Shown: one piece after another, positions 34,134-48,769 of the stretch | How the letters are laid out: every line of letters starts with the position of its first letter | Numbering within the stretch: the stretch's first letter is position 1 | Assembly: GCA_032718475.1 (NCBI GenBank) | Contig: JAUCBJ010007687.1 | Coordinates: forward strand, 1 to 64,000 | Direction: 5' to 3' | DNA length: 64,000 bases | Source: Nemertoderma westbladi | Lineage: Eukaryota; Animalia; Xenacoelomorpha | Program-made: the position numbers and the translations under genes | Notes under the pieces: generated by a model | Databases searched by the model: none | What the model was told of the DNA's origin: nothing | The model's input: the letters and a program-made list of their open reading frames with translations, nothing else

Positions 34134-34386
34134 TTGGACGGATCCACCATGGATGCCCTTATTTCTCACGCGTGTTTGTTTGTTTGTTTGTACACACAAC
34201 TTCTTGCACTCAATGTTGATGGAATTGGATGAAACTTTGATGATAGGTTCATTATCGGACCTAGTTGTGTATGCAAGGTTTTGGTTGCTAGTTGGTTGCC
34301 TAGCAACAGTGATATAAGTAACATTATCTTATGTATAATAATTTACCATGGCAATATGACAAGAGGTGTTCCATTAGTCTACCCTA

Positions 34387-34439
34387 GCTTGATACTAGAA
34401 CAAAGCTTCGCAGGACATTATTTTCGCCGTGAGGACCGG
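34387..34439 (+). mobile_element. Left part of an older RTE-like LINE fragment split by element 2a (continues at 49935)
   Basis: CTTGATACTAGAACAAA...GCAGGACATT.TTTTCGCCGTGAGGACC matches ~35639-35698. The continuation ACCAGCCAGTGCATAATC starts at 49935. Confidence 0.75.
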
Positions 34440-35110
34440 TGTTCGCGCTTTTAGACCTTTAGCAGTTTAACCTGCCAAATTTAGGTGTCTTCTAGGTTAT
34501 AAATCGACTTTAGCCTATAACGAGAGAAAGCCGCCCCAATATTAGATTATTACAACAACATATCCATTGGGTAAGAAAGTGGAGGAGAGCCAGCCCGTCT
34601 CTTAATTTTTTACTTTATATTACGCGATAAATTTTCACTCATCTCGTCATGAACCCAACATGTATGTAACCTTTTGTTAAATTTGTTGGCTATGCGTTTG
34701 CGGTTGTTTGGGCGGAGTGTGGTAGGCCTACACTTTTCACAATTAAATATTTTGGTTGTGAAATGTTACAGGGCATAGCGATCTGAGATATTTCATTTAT
34801 ATTTTATTATGAGAGGAAGAAGAACATACAACGTTATTTACTATGTAACAAAATAATTGTTTTCGGGTTTAACTTGGAAGCCTCCCCAAATAGTTGATAT
34901 ACAATTATATTTAAAATTATTTCCATGGTCATGGTTATTCACCCGTCTTTAGTTAGAAATTTGTTTGCATGAAAGACAGTTTAGTTTAGTTTTTACTGAT
35001 TTATTATCTCTTATCTGACTGGATAGGATAAGATAAGATAAGGATAGGATAAATGGAAGCAAAGTGTGACAGTAACAAATATTTCCCCGTCACCCTAGCA
35101 TGTCTTAAGT

Positions 35111-35920
35111 ATATGACTTAGGAGTACTCTCAGAATCATTAGAGGGAGCCCAACGGCTCCTCAGCTCATTAGAACATGCTGCTTCTAGTGTTGGTCTTTT
35201 TATTAACTCCAGAAAGACCAAAATTCTGACCGTTAACTTTGAAAGTCCTCATCAAGTCTCTGATCGGATGAGCATAAGCTCAAAGGATGGTATGCTTGAG
35301 CATGTGGACGACTTCTGTTACCTGGGATCATGGATCCGGAAGTCAGGTGAGGACCTTCGAATACGTAAGGGAAAGGCATGGGCAGCCTTGAATAGGCTTT
35401 CCAGGATTTGGAAGTCACCGAGAATTAATCGGAAACTTAAGGTCCGATTATTTAGAGCAGCAGTAGTTCCAGTACTCCTCTACGGGAGTCCATGCTGGGC
35501 TCTAACTGCTGAGGACACCAAATCTCTGGATGGGACATTCACAAGAATGCTACGCCGGGTTCATTGTGTCAAGTACAATGCACAGATCTCCAACCAGACA
35601 CTATATAACATTGGAGGTGTCTCATTGGTTCCCCCAAGCTTGACACTAGAACAAAATCGCCTCCGCTTTGCAGGACATTGCTTTCGCCGTGAGGACCAAC
35701 CAGTGCATAATCTTGTACTTTGGCAGCCTCATGGAGTGAATAAGCATGGTGGACAGCCCATGACTTTCTTGAGACGCATCTTAAAGGACACTGGCCTTGA
35801 AGATGCGGATGATCTAGCAAATGTCATGGGTGATAGGGAGTTGTGGCGGTGCAATTTTGTCGATAAGCCGGCACAGCATTCTTAAAAATGCAGCTGCAAT
35901 GCAGCATGCCGATCCTAGTA
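35111..35920 (+). mobile_element. 5'-truncated RTE-like LINE (RT C-terminal region), replacing part of the 2a 3' LTR
   Basis: DLGVLSES...VGLFINSRKTKIL, then LEHVDDFCYLGSWI...IRKGKAW.A.NRLSRIWKS...KVRLFRAAVVPVLLYG...RLRFAGHCFRR. Ends GATCCTAGTA; the copy ending near 50197 has a (TAG)n tail. Confidence 0.9.
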
Positions 35921-36195
35921 CACTGTATTAAGAGTATTTTGACGCATTGCGGCATAAAATGGCTTGTTATGTCCGCCAAAGTACACATACAGAATAATGG
36001 CTTTTTATGTCCGCTAAAACACCTACACAGTAAGAAAATGGCTTTTTATGTCCACTAAAATACCTACACAGTACTTTGCGGGGAAAATGACTAGCTATAT
36101 CCGCAAAAGCTTTTACACCGCTCCCAGAAAATGGGATTTAATTCTATAAAATATAAAAAATCACAGTTTCTAAAATATAAAAATACTCTAAACAG

Positions 36196-37322
36196 TTAGT
36201 CTTTCTTGCGCGGACGGCGTTTACACAGTTTTTTGAGGCTAGCAAGAGTCCTTTTCTCTTTGGGGCGAGCCACTTTACTAGGAGGGCTATAACTCCTAGG
36301 TGAAGGGTGCAATACAATTGCATCGGAAGGTTTAGGATTACGGGCGGTGTATCTGCCGGTCGAGGTACCCGGTTGATCGATATCAACCTCAGTGGAGCGA
36401 GGTCTAACGGCCTTTAGAGCGCGTTTTAGGACAGCAGCTCCTACTGGTCCCTGACGAGTCATCTGAACGATAGCGGGAGGTGGACCGTGTGTAGTGAGAA
36501 TTTCCTCGGTTTGATGATTCTTTTCCACTCGCGTTCTCGGACTCTATAGGAATCGATATGCTTCTCCTCGAGTTGATTTTCCTCCGCTTGTCGTTGGAAG
36601 CAGAGGTCTCGCCAGGGAATGAGGAGGTCTGACCGAGTATTCCGGAACTCTGATCATGGGTTTATTTAAGGATCGTTTGAGTTGAGTGAGCGTAGGTGAT
36701 ACATCGAACAAGTTTCGCTCGAAACTCCCGTAAATATAGCGAGTAAAACTGTGTCTAGCGCAACGTCTCCGCGGATGTTTGTCTTTCCGTTTGTTGGTTG
36801 GGTCTAGGGCATTCATCGTAATAATACCAAAGACGCACGTCTTGTAGGGGAAACGCTGGTGATCTTTCTCCAGTTTTACAACGTCTCTCTCAAGAATTCC
36901 AAATATACGTTGGAGTCACTGCATTTATCCGGTTCTTTAACGTCTTCTCTTTCGAGTTGGTTTCGAATAGAATTTTCGTGTTCGATTCTCAGTTTATTGT
37001 TCCGACTCCGCTGGGTATGATATTTAAATAGGATCATTTCCCTTTCGGTGTCGACATCGTCCGTATCATGTAAATCGATAGGATGACCAGTAGTTAAGAA
37101 GTCCATATACGTACCATTACGATGCGTATAGCGAGCGGTGAATTTTCTATAGTCCAATTCACGCGTGAGTTGTTCCTTTGACATTGGCGGTTCGATATAA
37201 CGGCCATCGTCCTCCGTAGTAGGTTGACTAACATCGCCGCGTATTAAACTATCAACAAACGCTTGCAATGGTGGGGTATATCGCTCCCTGATACCAAGAT
37301 CATCTTCTATCAACTCAGTCAT
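36196..37322 (-). pseudogene. Accessory 3' ORF2 of element 2a, broken by one frameshift (~36890) and one stop (36544)
   Basis: ORFs 37322-36876, 36816-36544 and 36528-36196 can be joined; the second frame is open upstream as LERDVVKLEKDHQRFPYKTCVFGIITM. Sense to the element, between pol and PPT, with a basic C-terminus. Confidence 0.65.
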
Positions 37323-39028
37323 AGCTGCTATATGAGTTTATCAATATTATAATGAGTTTATAATTAGGCTAGCGGGCGTCGCTGCCTACCCCTCACGCCC
37401 CCGGACAGCGCAAGATCCTCAGCGCCGATGTACTTTCGCCGATGTGCCTATTGCCAACATAGTAGCTGCACAACGACCACAACAACCAGCGCGAGTCACT
37501 CCACTGTCCGTCCCAAGGGCTAAGATTTACTTCCGGTTCTTACTGGCGAGTTAGGGCTACTTTCACAATTGCGACTCGCTACTGTAAACACACTTTAGTA
37601 GTAACATTCACCTATAAACGCACAAATTCCACACAACTGTCACAAACCGCACATGTTCGGGCCATTTGTCCGTTAGTCAAGTGCCTTCCAGAATGTCACG
37701 TTATTATTGGGTATCCTTGGATACTAGCAGTGTGCTATTTATTCCTTATGCTATTCAATGGGGCAAGCTTTCTATTGTTCTTTTAACTCGCTTCTAATTC
37801 TAACGTGGTTGTTGCTATGGTGACATTATGGAAAGCTAGCGGTAGAATTAGGGTAATTCCCATGCATGCAGATCTGGGATGCTATTTAATAGTAATTCTT
37901 GAATTTTCAATATTCCTCTTTATACATGATTTTATGAATTTTATCGGCTATTGACTATATATTGGAGATTCTCGCACACTAATACACTTAATAGGGTGAA
38001 TCTCCGCTCCCATGATCTATTAATTAATGGAATTTTGGGAATATTATAAATTATATAAAAATGACAATTTATCAAATTCATTAAAAGAAATGAATTTAAA
38101 TTTATTCCCGTAAATTTTATTATTTAATATTAAAATAGACACAATTTTATTCCAGAACATGTCTGGGAACTGGGATCCTTGATTCTAGGAAATTTGTCTT
38201 TTTTAAGAGTATCGGTAAGTGCTACGATATCTTAATAGACTAGAAATTTAAAGGATCTAAAATTTTTACAGATTTTAATTTATAGATTTTCTAGAGTTAA
38301 CTTGTAAGTATTTACTCTATTGTATTTATTTGACAGATTTTATAAATATTAATAGTTAATATTTAAGATGGGCACCGGTTTATTCCAGAACATGTCTGGG
38401 GACGTTAACCACTGATTCTAGAATTTTGTCTTTCAAGTATATCGGTGGGTGCCGCGATATCTTAATCGACTAGAATTGCAGATGGTCAAAGGGTTTAACA
38501 GATTGATTTTGCGTTTACCCTACTGTTAAAAGGACATCACGCTACTATATGTATTATTTAATATACGGTATGAGAGCAATATTGCAAGAAACAATGTCAG
38601 TGAGAAGAGGCAAGTCGTTTCCAAGGTCTACCCAGAGCTTGGTTTAGCCGAGACACGAGGATCTGAATTTTGCATTCCTAATACTCTACTTACCAATAAT
38701 ACTTGAATATAGTAGGAGCTTTATTGTACTTTAATAAGTATGGACATTTCATCTTACTGTAGTCACGTATTTATAATATGATACGGACAGTAAGGAAAGA
38801 GAAAAAGAATTATTTCTCGCCATCGCACTAAATATATAATATAATATAAGTAAGTAATAAACACTAATATATATTGCACTAATCTACTAAATAATCGCTA
38901 AAATAACATTCTACTAAATGAAATTAAAGAAAACGATTATAATAAAAGTACATAATAATACATACATAAATATAAAAATAATAAAGACAGATATAAATAA
39001 TATAGTCACACACCCACTCCAGACGCTG

Positions 39029-42000
39029 TTATGTTGGGGAGTCCCTAGATGTTTGTTGGATTAGGGAGGTGGTCGTGGGAAGAGTATCTTGCCTTCCATA
39101 GTTTCCGGAGAGTTCTCTGTCTCTTTCCAGTAAACATAAACGACCAACTGGGCGGTTGAGTTGCTGCGTCTCGAAGACAATTCCCGGTTTCTTAAAGTTA
39201 CGTCGCATGACGACGAGTTCTACCGATCGCACCAAACCATCATCCGAGATATGAGTCTCGATGATACGACCTGTCTGCCACCGCTTACGTGGAAGATATG
39301 AATCCACAATAAGGACCATGTCTCCGGCGATGACGTTTTCTTGCTGCGCAAACCACTTGGTTCGAAGTTGTTGTGTCGGCAGATAATGTTTTTCGAAATG
39401 GTCAGCGAAACGACGGGATAACAACTGCATAAGTTGCCAAGTTTGCCGGCAGTATTCGTCTCTGTCCGTGATTTCCGATCGTGGGAGCATGGCTACAGGT
39501 TTCTTCAGTAGGAAGTGCGCGGGTGTTAGCGCTTCCAGGGAATCGGGACTCGATGAGACTGGCATAAGCGGTCTCTTGTTGAGATAGGCGGCGATTTCCT
39601 CCATTAACGTCCGCAAAAGTTCGTCGGTGAGATACGCGCGGCACGGCACTATAAAGTGAAATGCGGTCTTCACGCTCCTGATTAATCTCTCCCAACTTCC
39701 TCCCCACCAAGGGGCGTCGGTGGCGTTGAAGGTCCAGCTAGACGCTGTTACCCTTAGCTGATCGTCCACCTGTCTTTGGTTCCAATCTTTGACGTAAGCC
39801 TTGATTTCATTGTTGGCACCAATGAAGTTCATTCCCTTATCAGATCTCATCGTGTTACTAGTTCCAAAGCAAGCAATCTGTTGGCGTAAGCTCAATATGA
39901 AGCTATTGGTAGATAAATCGTTCACCATATCGAGATGGATAGCTCTACAAGTCATACAGACAAAGATGACACACCATCTCTTGACTATAGTCCTAGCACG
40001 ATATACTTCAATAGGGCCAAATAAATCCACACCGGTATTAGTAAAGGGTGGTTCTGGTTCATAGAAGCTTACTCGTTCCCTAGGTAATTCTGCCTCTCGC
40101 TGTGTTAAAGGCCTACTGAATGCTTTCCTACAGGGTATGCAGTTCCTAAGAACTTGGTTCAGAGCTCTACGGGGTTTACGAAAATAATAGCGAGTTCGAA
40201 TTTCGCTAAGAACTTGTTCTCTACCAGCATGATAAAGCTTACTGTGAACATCTACAATCATCTTGATTTGTATTTCAAGATTTCTAATGAGTATGGGAAA
40301 CTTAGTGTCAAAGGATAATGGAGCATTAGTTAGTCTTCCTCCAACACGTATTAACCCATCTATCATTGTGCTAGAGAAACGATCCCTTAAGCGCATCTGT
40401 GGATTTCTCAACAACAGGAAATACTTATTGGAATCCTCATAGCATTGCAGGAGTCTCAGTATCTGCTTATTGGTTTCTTCATGCTCCTGGTAACTGATCT
40501 TCTCCTTCAGAAACCTGTCGGATATCTTGTATTTGGGAAGATCTTTCACAACATGGACCTGCGCAGATGTCAGTGGAGCAGTATCACTAGTGGTCTTCGT
40601 CCTGGAGTAGTGATGATGAAAACATCGCTTTAAATATGTAACGGCCTTACAGAGCCGATTCCAGGAACTATAGTGATGTATCGCTCTCTGCAAGAGAGGT
40701 GAGAGTCCTTGCGAGACGTCTGTTATTCCAGATTTCCAATCTCTCTCTCTGATTTCCATAACAGACTTATTTGTGGCTGTGGGTTTCGGATCCAAAACGT
40801 CGTCTCCGGAAACGCGTAGTACAGACAGATCTATCGCGGGTTTAAATAACTTCGATTTACTCGCCCGGGTTTTAGGTTTGACTTTCTCCGCTCCCTTGGC
40901 TTGTCTAATCTCAGCCGTGGTAAGATAAGGAGGCCATTCATCCTCTTCCTTGCTTAGGAAGTCGGGTCCACCTAACCAGTCTGGAGTATCTATCAGTTCC
41001 TGTGGAGTGGCTCCTCTGGAGGCAATGTCGGCTGGATTAATCATCCCGGGGCAATGTCTCCATTGATCTATCTTCGTACGACTAAGTATAATGGCTACTC
41101 TGTTGGTAACGAAGACGCTGAACTGACAAACTTCATTGGTTATATACTCCAACACGAGTAAAGCATCGGTCCAATAGACAGTTTTCTCCAGTGGATAGTC
41201 GATCTGTTCTGTTACATTCCGGCCGATGGCTGTAGCGTATAGAGCCGCTTTTAACTCCGCTCAAGGAACTTTCAACTTGTTGTTTATCAAGGCCTTAGAG
41301 GTAACCAAGGCGACCTTAATTCCATCCGGAGTTTCAACCCTCAGGTAGGCTACTATACCTATTCCCATATCGCTGGCGTCCCCAAATACATGGAGTTGAT
41401 AGGAATACGTGGGGAGAACATGACCAAAATAAGAATGGGAAATCGTAAAATTCTCGATGGATGGTAGAGAATCTTCCCATTTCATCCACTTCTTTAATAG
41501 TTCTCCCTTAAGTGGATCGTCCCACGAGTGGTTTTCAAGCCACATTTGTTGTACTAAACTCCGAGCAATCAATATAACTGGGCTAATAAATCCCAATGGA
41601 TCGAAATAAGTGCTCAGGATACTTAGACAAATCCGTTTAGTCCGAACTGGATTATCTCGCTGTTTTAGCTGGAAAAACAGGATATCTCTCTCTGTGTCCC
41701 ATTTCAAACCAAGCGTCTTGGTTTCCGGAAGATCATCCTTGATTAAGTCTAAATCTTTAACTCCTCGGTCTTCTACCGGGATTGATTCCAGAAACTCACG
41801 GGAGTTGCTTGTGAATTTAGTTAATCGAAATCCACCTCTTTTTAAGCACTCTACCGTTCCTTTGGCGACATCAATGGCTTCTTCCACCGATGGGAGGGAC
41901 TTTAAATTGTCGTCCATGTATATATCCCGTTTGATGTTGTCGATAACCTCTTTGGAGAAGGCGTCCCGGTTGTCATCAGCAGTGGTACGCACTACTGAAC

Positions 42001-45000
42001 AGGCGTTTGAAGGGCTCGAGATGATCCCAAAAGCCTGGATGGTCATCCAGTACTCCACCGTTTTCTGGTTGAGGTCTCCTTCAGGCCACCACAGAAATCG
42101 TAGGCTGTCTCGATCTCTATCCAGCGCCTTAACTTGTAAGAACATGCCTTCTATATCCGAGGCAAAGGCGATCGAATATTGTTGTAATCTTAAGAGTATT
42201 CCCAACAAGGAATGGAGTAAGTTGGGTCCTGGCAACAACTCGGAGTTAAGGGATTGGCCCATGTAGAGGGCGGAACCGTCAAATACTACCCGGACTTCGT
42301 TGGGTTTACCTGGTTTGGGAACGTAATGATGTGTTAGATAGTACGTTCTCTCAGTTATGGGTGTTTTTTCCGGTACTCGCTCCGCATATCCCTTGTCTAT
42401 GAATTTCTTCAGCTGTGTCTTGTACATCTCTTTAGCTGAAGCATTTGCCGTAAGGCGTCGATGTAATTGCGCGATTCTTTTCTCCACCAAGGGTCGGTTG
42501 TTTATAAATTTAGGTTCTCGCTTTCGAAATGGCAGACCAATTTCATATCTACCTTGATCTTTAAGAAAACGCGTAGTTGTTTCCTGGATCTGCTTGGCTC
42601 TTTCTTCTTCTACCGATAGGGCCTTATCGTAGGAATTGGGCTCTACAGCCTCTTGGGTAAAGAATCATACGGCGTGTTCATCGCGAGTCTTCGCGTTGTA
42701 GCGATCTATCACTTCATTCAGTTCGTCGTTGTAGTCGACTTGTTCTGCTGGATGAATGAGGTGACATAGGTTTACTTGGTTTTGCCAAGTTTCATTTTCT
42801 GTAAGGAGGTCGATGGTATTCTCCTCGTCGAAGAGTTGGTGGATATCGTCATTATCTGAGGAGTATGGTGTTCCCTCAGTTGGGTCGTCTCCCTCACTGA
42901 TCTCCTCTTCCCATTCACTTACTTGGTAGACCCGTTCCTTGGGTAGCCTTTCCATGAGGGTTCTACGAGAAGGGCCAGTAAAGTACCAACCTACCCTAGT
43001 TCTTCCTGCATAGGTTTGTAGTGGTTGCGGTTGAGCAGGCCGTTTCTCCAATGTCTCAAGCGCCTCATGCGCATTTTGGCCGATGAGTATTTGCACTCCA
43101 GGGTAGTCTGTGTTGAATCTAGGTATCTTATGCTGCTGGGTGAAATCGTCCTCATCCCAGTTATAAGGTTCCACTTGGCTGGTAGCGAAGTTCTTTATCG
43201 CCACCATTTTTACTGACCTTATGCTGTGTTCTCCTAGTTCATCCTGGGGGGTGGACAAAGCACCTACATAGTAATCTGTAGTTACTGTAGATTTCCAAAC
43301 CTTCATAATTCCTGACATGTTCAACTTAGTTCGGAACTTGGGTTGTCCAGCAAAGATGTCTTCGGCTAGTTCTTTGTCGATGAATGTTCCTGTGCTGCCG
43401 GAGTCAAGGAGGGCGTTCACTATATAGCTCTTATCAGGTCCGTGGACTCTCAACTGCACTACGGGAAATTCTCGGATTCCTACGTTGGAAGTTGGTGCTT
43501 TCCAAGATGGTTGTCGGTCAGGAGTAGTTAGGGGGAGCTCATTCTCTATTTCTTTCTCATACGTAAGTGCTCGATACACTGCGGTATTTATTAGGTAACA
43601 GGATTCGTTTTCGTCGGAGAATTCATCTGTATAGAATCCTTCCATCTCAGAACTTTGATCAGTGTCGTTCACATCACTGAATTGGACATGTAGTTCGGAC
43701 TCACTTACCTGACTTGGGCTGTTTCTTTCGAATTCAGTGTGCAACAAGATATGATGTTTCCCGCCGCACTTTGCACACCTTGCGTCGGAGTAACAGGTTC
43801 GCCGTTGGTGTCCTTGTCTGAGGCAATTATAACACAACCGCTTATCCCACATGACTTCACGTCTATCTTTTAGTGATTTCTTTAAAAATTTATTACACCC
43901 ACTCAAGCGATGGGGCCCGTCACACAATACACATTTGGGCTTGATATTACTTACCTTAACCTGTGCTGTGTGGTGCACACTTGTTCTTTCCTCGGGCTTT
44001 CTTCCATGAATTCCATTAGGAGACGTAGGAGAAGTTGTTGTTACCTGTTCTCTCCTGTCACTGGTTCGAGACTTAAATTTACTTACGTCTTTAGGTACTT
44101 TGTTGACATAATAGGATCTTTCGGTGTCTTTCCCGCTGTTCTCCTCGTGGGAGGTTTGGTCTTTGCCGTCGTCTTTATAACACACAGGTGTTACCTTTCG
44201 CCTAGAAACGGAATTTTCACTTAATTCACTTTCAGGAGTCTTCTCTCTAGACTGTTTTAGGAGTTGTAATCTTACCTCTCGGTTTAAGAATGACAGAAGG
44301 TACGTCCGTCGTTGGATCTCTATGTTGTTGGTCCATCAAATAGAGAACCTTTTTGTCCCAGCGAGTACCTACTTCACTCTTTGGCAAAGCTGATGCTAAG
44401 GCTCCTACAACCATAGAATTCTGGTATTCATGAGACTTACCTAACCAATCTAGTTGTCTACAGATCTCCTGAATCTCATCGGAAAACTCTATAATCCCGC
44501 TGCTAAGGAACTTTCGGGGTGCTACCAATTTTGCATACAAATACCTAGCTATGTTTGTCCTATTACCATACCTGATGTTTAGTGTATCCCAAACTTGTCT
44601 TAATCCATCTGGATGTCCAATAAACTTTAACGCCATTAACTTGGGAGATCCTTCCAAGCACTCGATGAGGAATCTAAGTTTCTCTCCGTTAGATAGCACA
44701 GAGTTCTGTATGTTATCTTTGTAATATTCATTAAAAGGTAACCATTTCATCTCATCTCCATTGAACTTGACGATCTCTCCCACCTTTACCGCTGGACGGG
44801 CTTCGGTTCTAGCCATTTGACGTGTAAAACTTTCTTGGGCCATCGTGTTATTTAATATCGAGTTATCGGTATATAAATTTCTCGGATTATGATCAGGTCT
44901 ATATGGAATATCATTGTCAACAGGTTTATAATTACCCTTAATAGGGTTTACTATAGGAGTTTCCACTTCACTAGCAGTATAGATGCGTGTAGGCTCCACA

Positions 45001-46845
45001 CCTTGCGCATGAAATACTTCAGACCTAACAGGTTGACACATTGTTACAGGGGGTGGTGGTATACCCTTTTGTCTATTTACTAATTTATCGCGTTCTAACG
45101 CGATACTCTGCTGCACTTCTTGCAACTCTAACCTACTTTCCCTTAAGGTTCCCTTGAACTGTTGAACAGTCTCCTGCATCTGCCCGAGCAGGAGATCCAT
45201 CCCCCGCCGTCTCTCATCCACCCACTCGACCGCCGAAGCGGGAGCTGCCAACATAGTAGCGGGTAGACGAGGGACAACGGGCGACAAATCATTGATATCT
45301 CGCTCGGAGTCCAGGACAGGAACTGTCTCAGGGGCTGTTCTGCTGGGCACAGGTAGTTTAGTGCTGTGCAAAGGGAATTTAGAGGTAGGTTCTGGGAGTA
45401 AAGGTGTCTCTATCACCGAAGGGGTGGCTTCGAGAACAGGCCTAATTATTTCAGGCACATCTACTATAGTAGGGAGTCTTTCTACTCTAATAATTTGGTC
45501 TGTGGGTTCTGTAATACCTAAGTCTGTGTTAGCTAGTTGCCTTCTCACAGCTGGGGGCAATTAGGCAATTTCTGACGGTGGGGCGTTCTTCTACGCCTAC
45601 TTAGACGAGATCTATTTCCTCCGCCTTCAGGATCGGTGGTATCGCCTTCATCAGATGATGTAAATCCCTGTCTTTTTGGAGTAGATCGACTTATCATCTG
45701 CATTTGACTAGCTGTTAACTGTTTATTTATGTAGTCTTGCTTCTCTTGAAGATTTTCCAACTCTAGTTGGGTGGTCTCTTCAGACGCCCTCCGTTCTGCT
45801 TCTGCCACTGCCTCTGCCGCTTTTCTTTCCGCTTCTGCCGCTGCCACTGCCGCTTTTCTTTCCGCTTCTGCGGCCTTTCTTTCAGCTTCTGCGGCTGCCA
45901 TTGCCGCTTTCCTTTCAACTTCTGCCGCTGCCGCTGCTGCTATCTTTCTGTCTTCTATACGTTTTTTCTTTACTTGTTCTTCTTGGACCCTAGCGATGCG
46001 GATGCTTTCATCAAATTTAGCTTGATTCGCAGCTAACATTTCCGCATCTATTGCGTCCAACACAAGCTTGGCTCCTTCACTATTAGGACGAAGTCCAGAC
46101 AGCCTTCTCCTCAACTCTTCGTCACCTAGAAATCGTTGATAGTCTGACAGATAGATGTCAATAGCATCCTTCTTCTGCGGTTTCTCTGCTGTCGCTTCGC
46201 TTTCCACTTGAGAAAAGGTAGCGTCTGTTGATTCTCCGTGGGTTGAGCGCTCAGCCAGCTGAAATTTCCGTTCCTTGAACCTTGAGACTCACCCGCTGAA
46301 ACCAAGTCTTTACGGCAACTTGCAACGACGTGTCTTGTCTTCTTTTCGAAGCCTCCTCAAAGGCCGATAGGATTAGTCTGATTCTTAGAATTCTTTCTCC
46401 AACTTGATAAAGCAGCTCTCCCTGCTCTTGAGGTCCTTGGGGTTGTCGAAACAGTTGGAAACAATACCCTAGTGAGTACGGCTGCAGGAAGAATGAGAAG
46501 GGGATCCGAATAAATCGCATCTGCCATCTTTGCTCTGCGCTCGGGAGTCAGCTCTACAGTATCCGAACTACTGGAGCTATCGGGCCGCTGAGAAATAAGT
46601 TCTCGGCTCGGGTGTTGCTGCTGTTTAACAGCTGCTTCTTGGTCCCGCTTGACTCGAGCCCGAGTGCCTATGATAGACCTACGGTGTTGGACTAGCCTAG
46701 GGTCTAATACTACTTCTGGAGGGATGATCTTTCTTACAGTAGGAGGTGAGTTGAACTTCGGTCTCAAACGTTCCACACTCCTATCTGGGTCACAGATGGT
46801 TGTATCTAGGAGACTGTCTGACAGGTTTTGCTTTGTGTCAGACAT
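39029..46845 (-). pseudogene. Disrupted BEL/Pao gag-pol of copy 2a
   Basis: Fragments 46845-46357, 46207-45545, 45560-44247 (capsid-like), 44185-42665 (Zn knuckles, protease ALLDSGS), 42490-41261 (RT YMDD, RNase H LHVFGDAS) and 41155-39029 (integrase), separated by stops and frameshifts. Confidence 0.93.
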
Positions 46846-48769
46846 GTTTGTTTATACAGTTGAATGCCTACTGCTATATTACAGTTAAAGCAAGTCTAGT
46901 AATTCAGTATCAACTGTTAGCGTAGTAATTAATTACCGATATCGTTACTCTATGTAACGCGATATATATACAATATATTAGAATACCGGTATACACTTAT
47001 AGTATATATATAAGTATTATTACAGACTAGGTTTGTCACAGAATACCGGTATATAATTTCAGCACAAATATATATAAATATATAATAAGCCTATCATGAA
47101 TACCGGTATACAACTTACACTTATTGTATATAAGTATAATTATAGACTAGAATTAATTACAGAATACCGGTATATAATTTCAGCTCAAATTTATAGAAAT
47201 AAATATAATAAGCCTATTGTAAATACCAGTATGTCAATTATTTTAGAATAATTGAATTTCTGAATTTTAGGGGTTACTTGGTTACTTTACTTTACTTTAT
47301 TACCGTTATTTAAGCAGTAGTCCAACTGATATTAAGACCTAATTGTTGTATGACAGGCCTACTATTTTATAAATCGGTTTGAGTTGACTTATAATATATA
47401 TATATATATACCCTGTAATGGGTTTTGTCAATATTTGAAATAAATATTATTATTTCTGGTAAGGAGTCACTTCACAGAAGCTAAACGCTCTCAGTGTAGT
47501 GCTACTTATTGTATTGGACACTAAAACAAATAATTCTAATTTACTAAGTTACTTATTACTACAACTTATGTACAATTGCGGGGTGAGATTACAATCTCTA
47601 AATAAACACAAAAAAATTACAAGTACAAATTTTAGGGGTAATTTTACAAGAAATCTACAAACCAGCCTAACAAGGGGTTATAATTTCTGGTTATTACAAT
47701 GGACAGGATACTACGGTATTTGAAAATAATAAAGCAGTAGTAAATATATTGTGCTGTCTAGATAGGAAAAATACCACCGTCTGACGACTTATAGCCGTAA
47801 CGCTATAAGTACTACATTATGTACCCGAAGTGTTCCTACCTAGAAGTTAATTACCGCAGCCTACTATAGCTAACGTGCCTATTAACAACTTTACAACACA
47901 AATATACTGCCTACAAACTAATTACTTTCGGAAAGCACTGTACACTAAACCCTAAATTAGGTACAAGTACTTATACAACAAATATCCAGCAGTTAAAAAT
48001 ACTTGTACAGCTAAAAGAACCACGGTATCTGCCGGAGTGACTAGAGCATAAAATCACCAGTCTTTACCTACGCCAAACAGCCCTGATGTAGTACCGGGGT
48101 TAATTTAACTATAACGGTATGTATAACAAGCACAATTACTGTTGGAATAAACTTGGGGTTATGAATGTTGCAAATAATCGCATATACTCTGAATAATAGA
48201 TATTACGCTACCCATACAGACTACACAAACAAAATACAGACCGAACGCTGGCAGACTACTATCAAGCCCAAATAAACTACAGTATATGCAGACTCCGAAA
48301 TGGTTAGTTAGTATGCGTTCTAACCGAGTAGTACGACTTATTCTTTCGGGGGGGGGGGGGATTTACCTTACAGCACTGGATGCCCCCACATTCCTAACTA
48401 GTACTTTATCGGACATACACTCTACACACACTGCAATCTCTTCAGACCTAACAACAGCCAGACAACAATCCAGCCTACAAATTATTTATACAATCTGAGC
48501 AGGTTACACGCCTTCTGCTCAATATTAACTTACAGATAAATAAAACTGACAGAAATAAGTAAAATCTCAATAAAAAACCAGGGCTGCAGTCCCTGATTAA
48601 ATATCAAGACGTACCGGTATATAATTATCAAAATTGAATAATACTGATGTACCTGTACTGCTGTAAGTACCGGTAAGGGTGGTTAGGTAGTTAGGCCTAC
48701 TGGTTACCGGTCGACCGGTACTTTTGCCTTAATTGCCTACGTTGCAATGTAGAAAGCTATAACTGTTAT

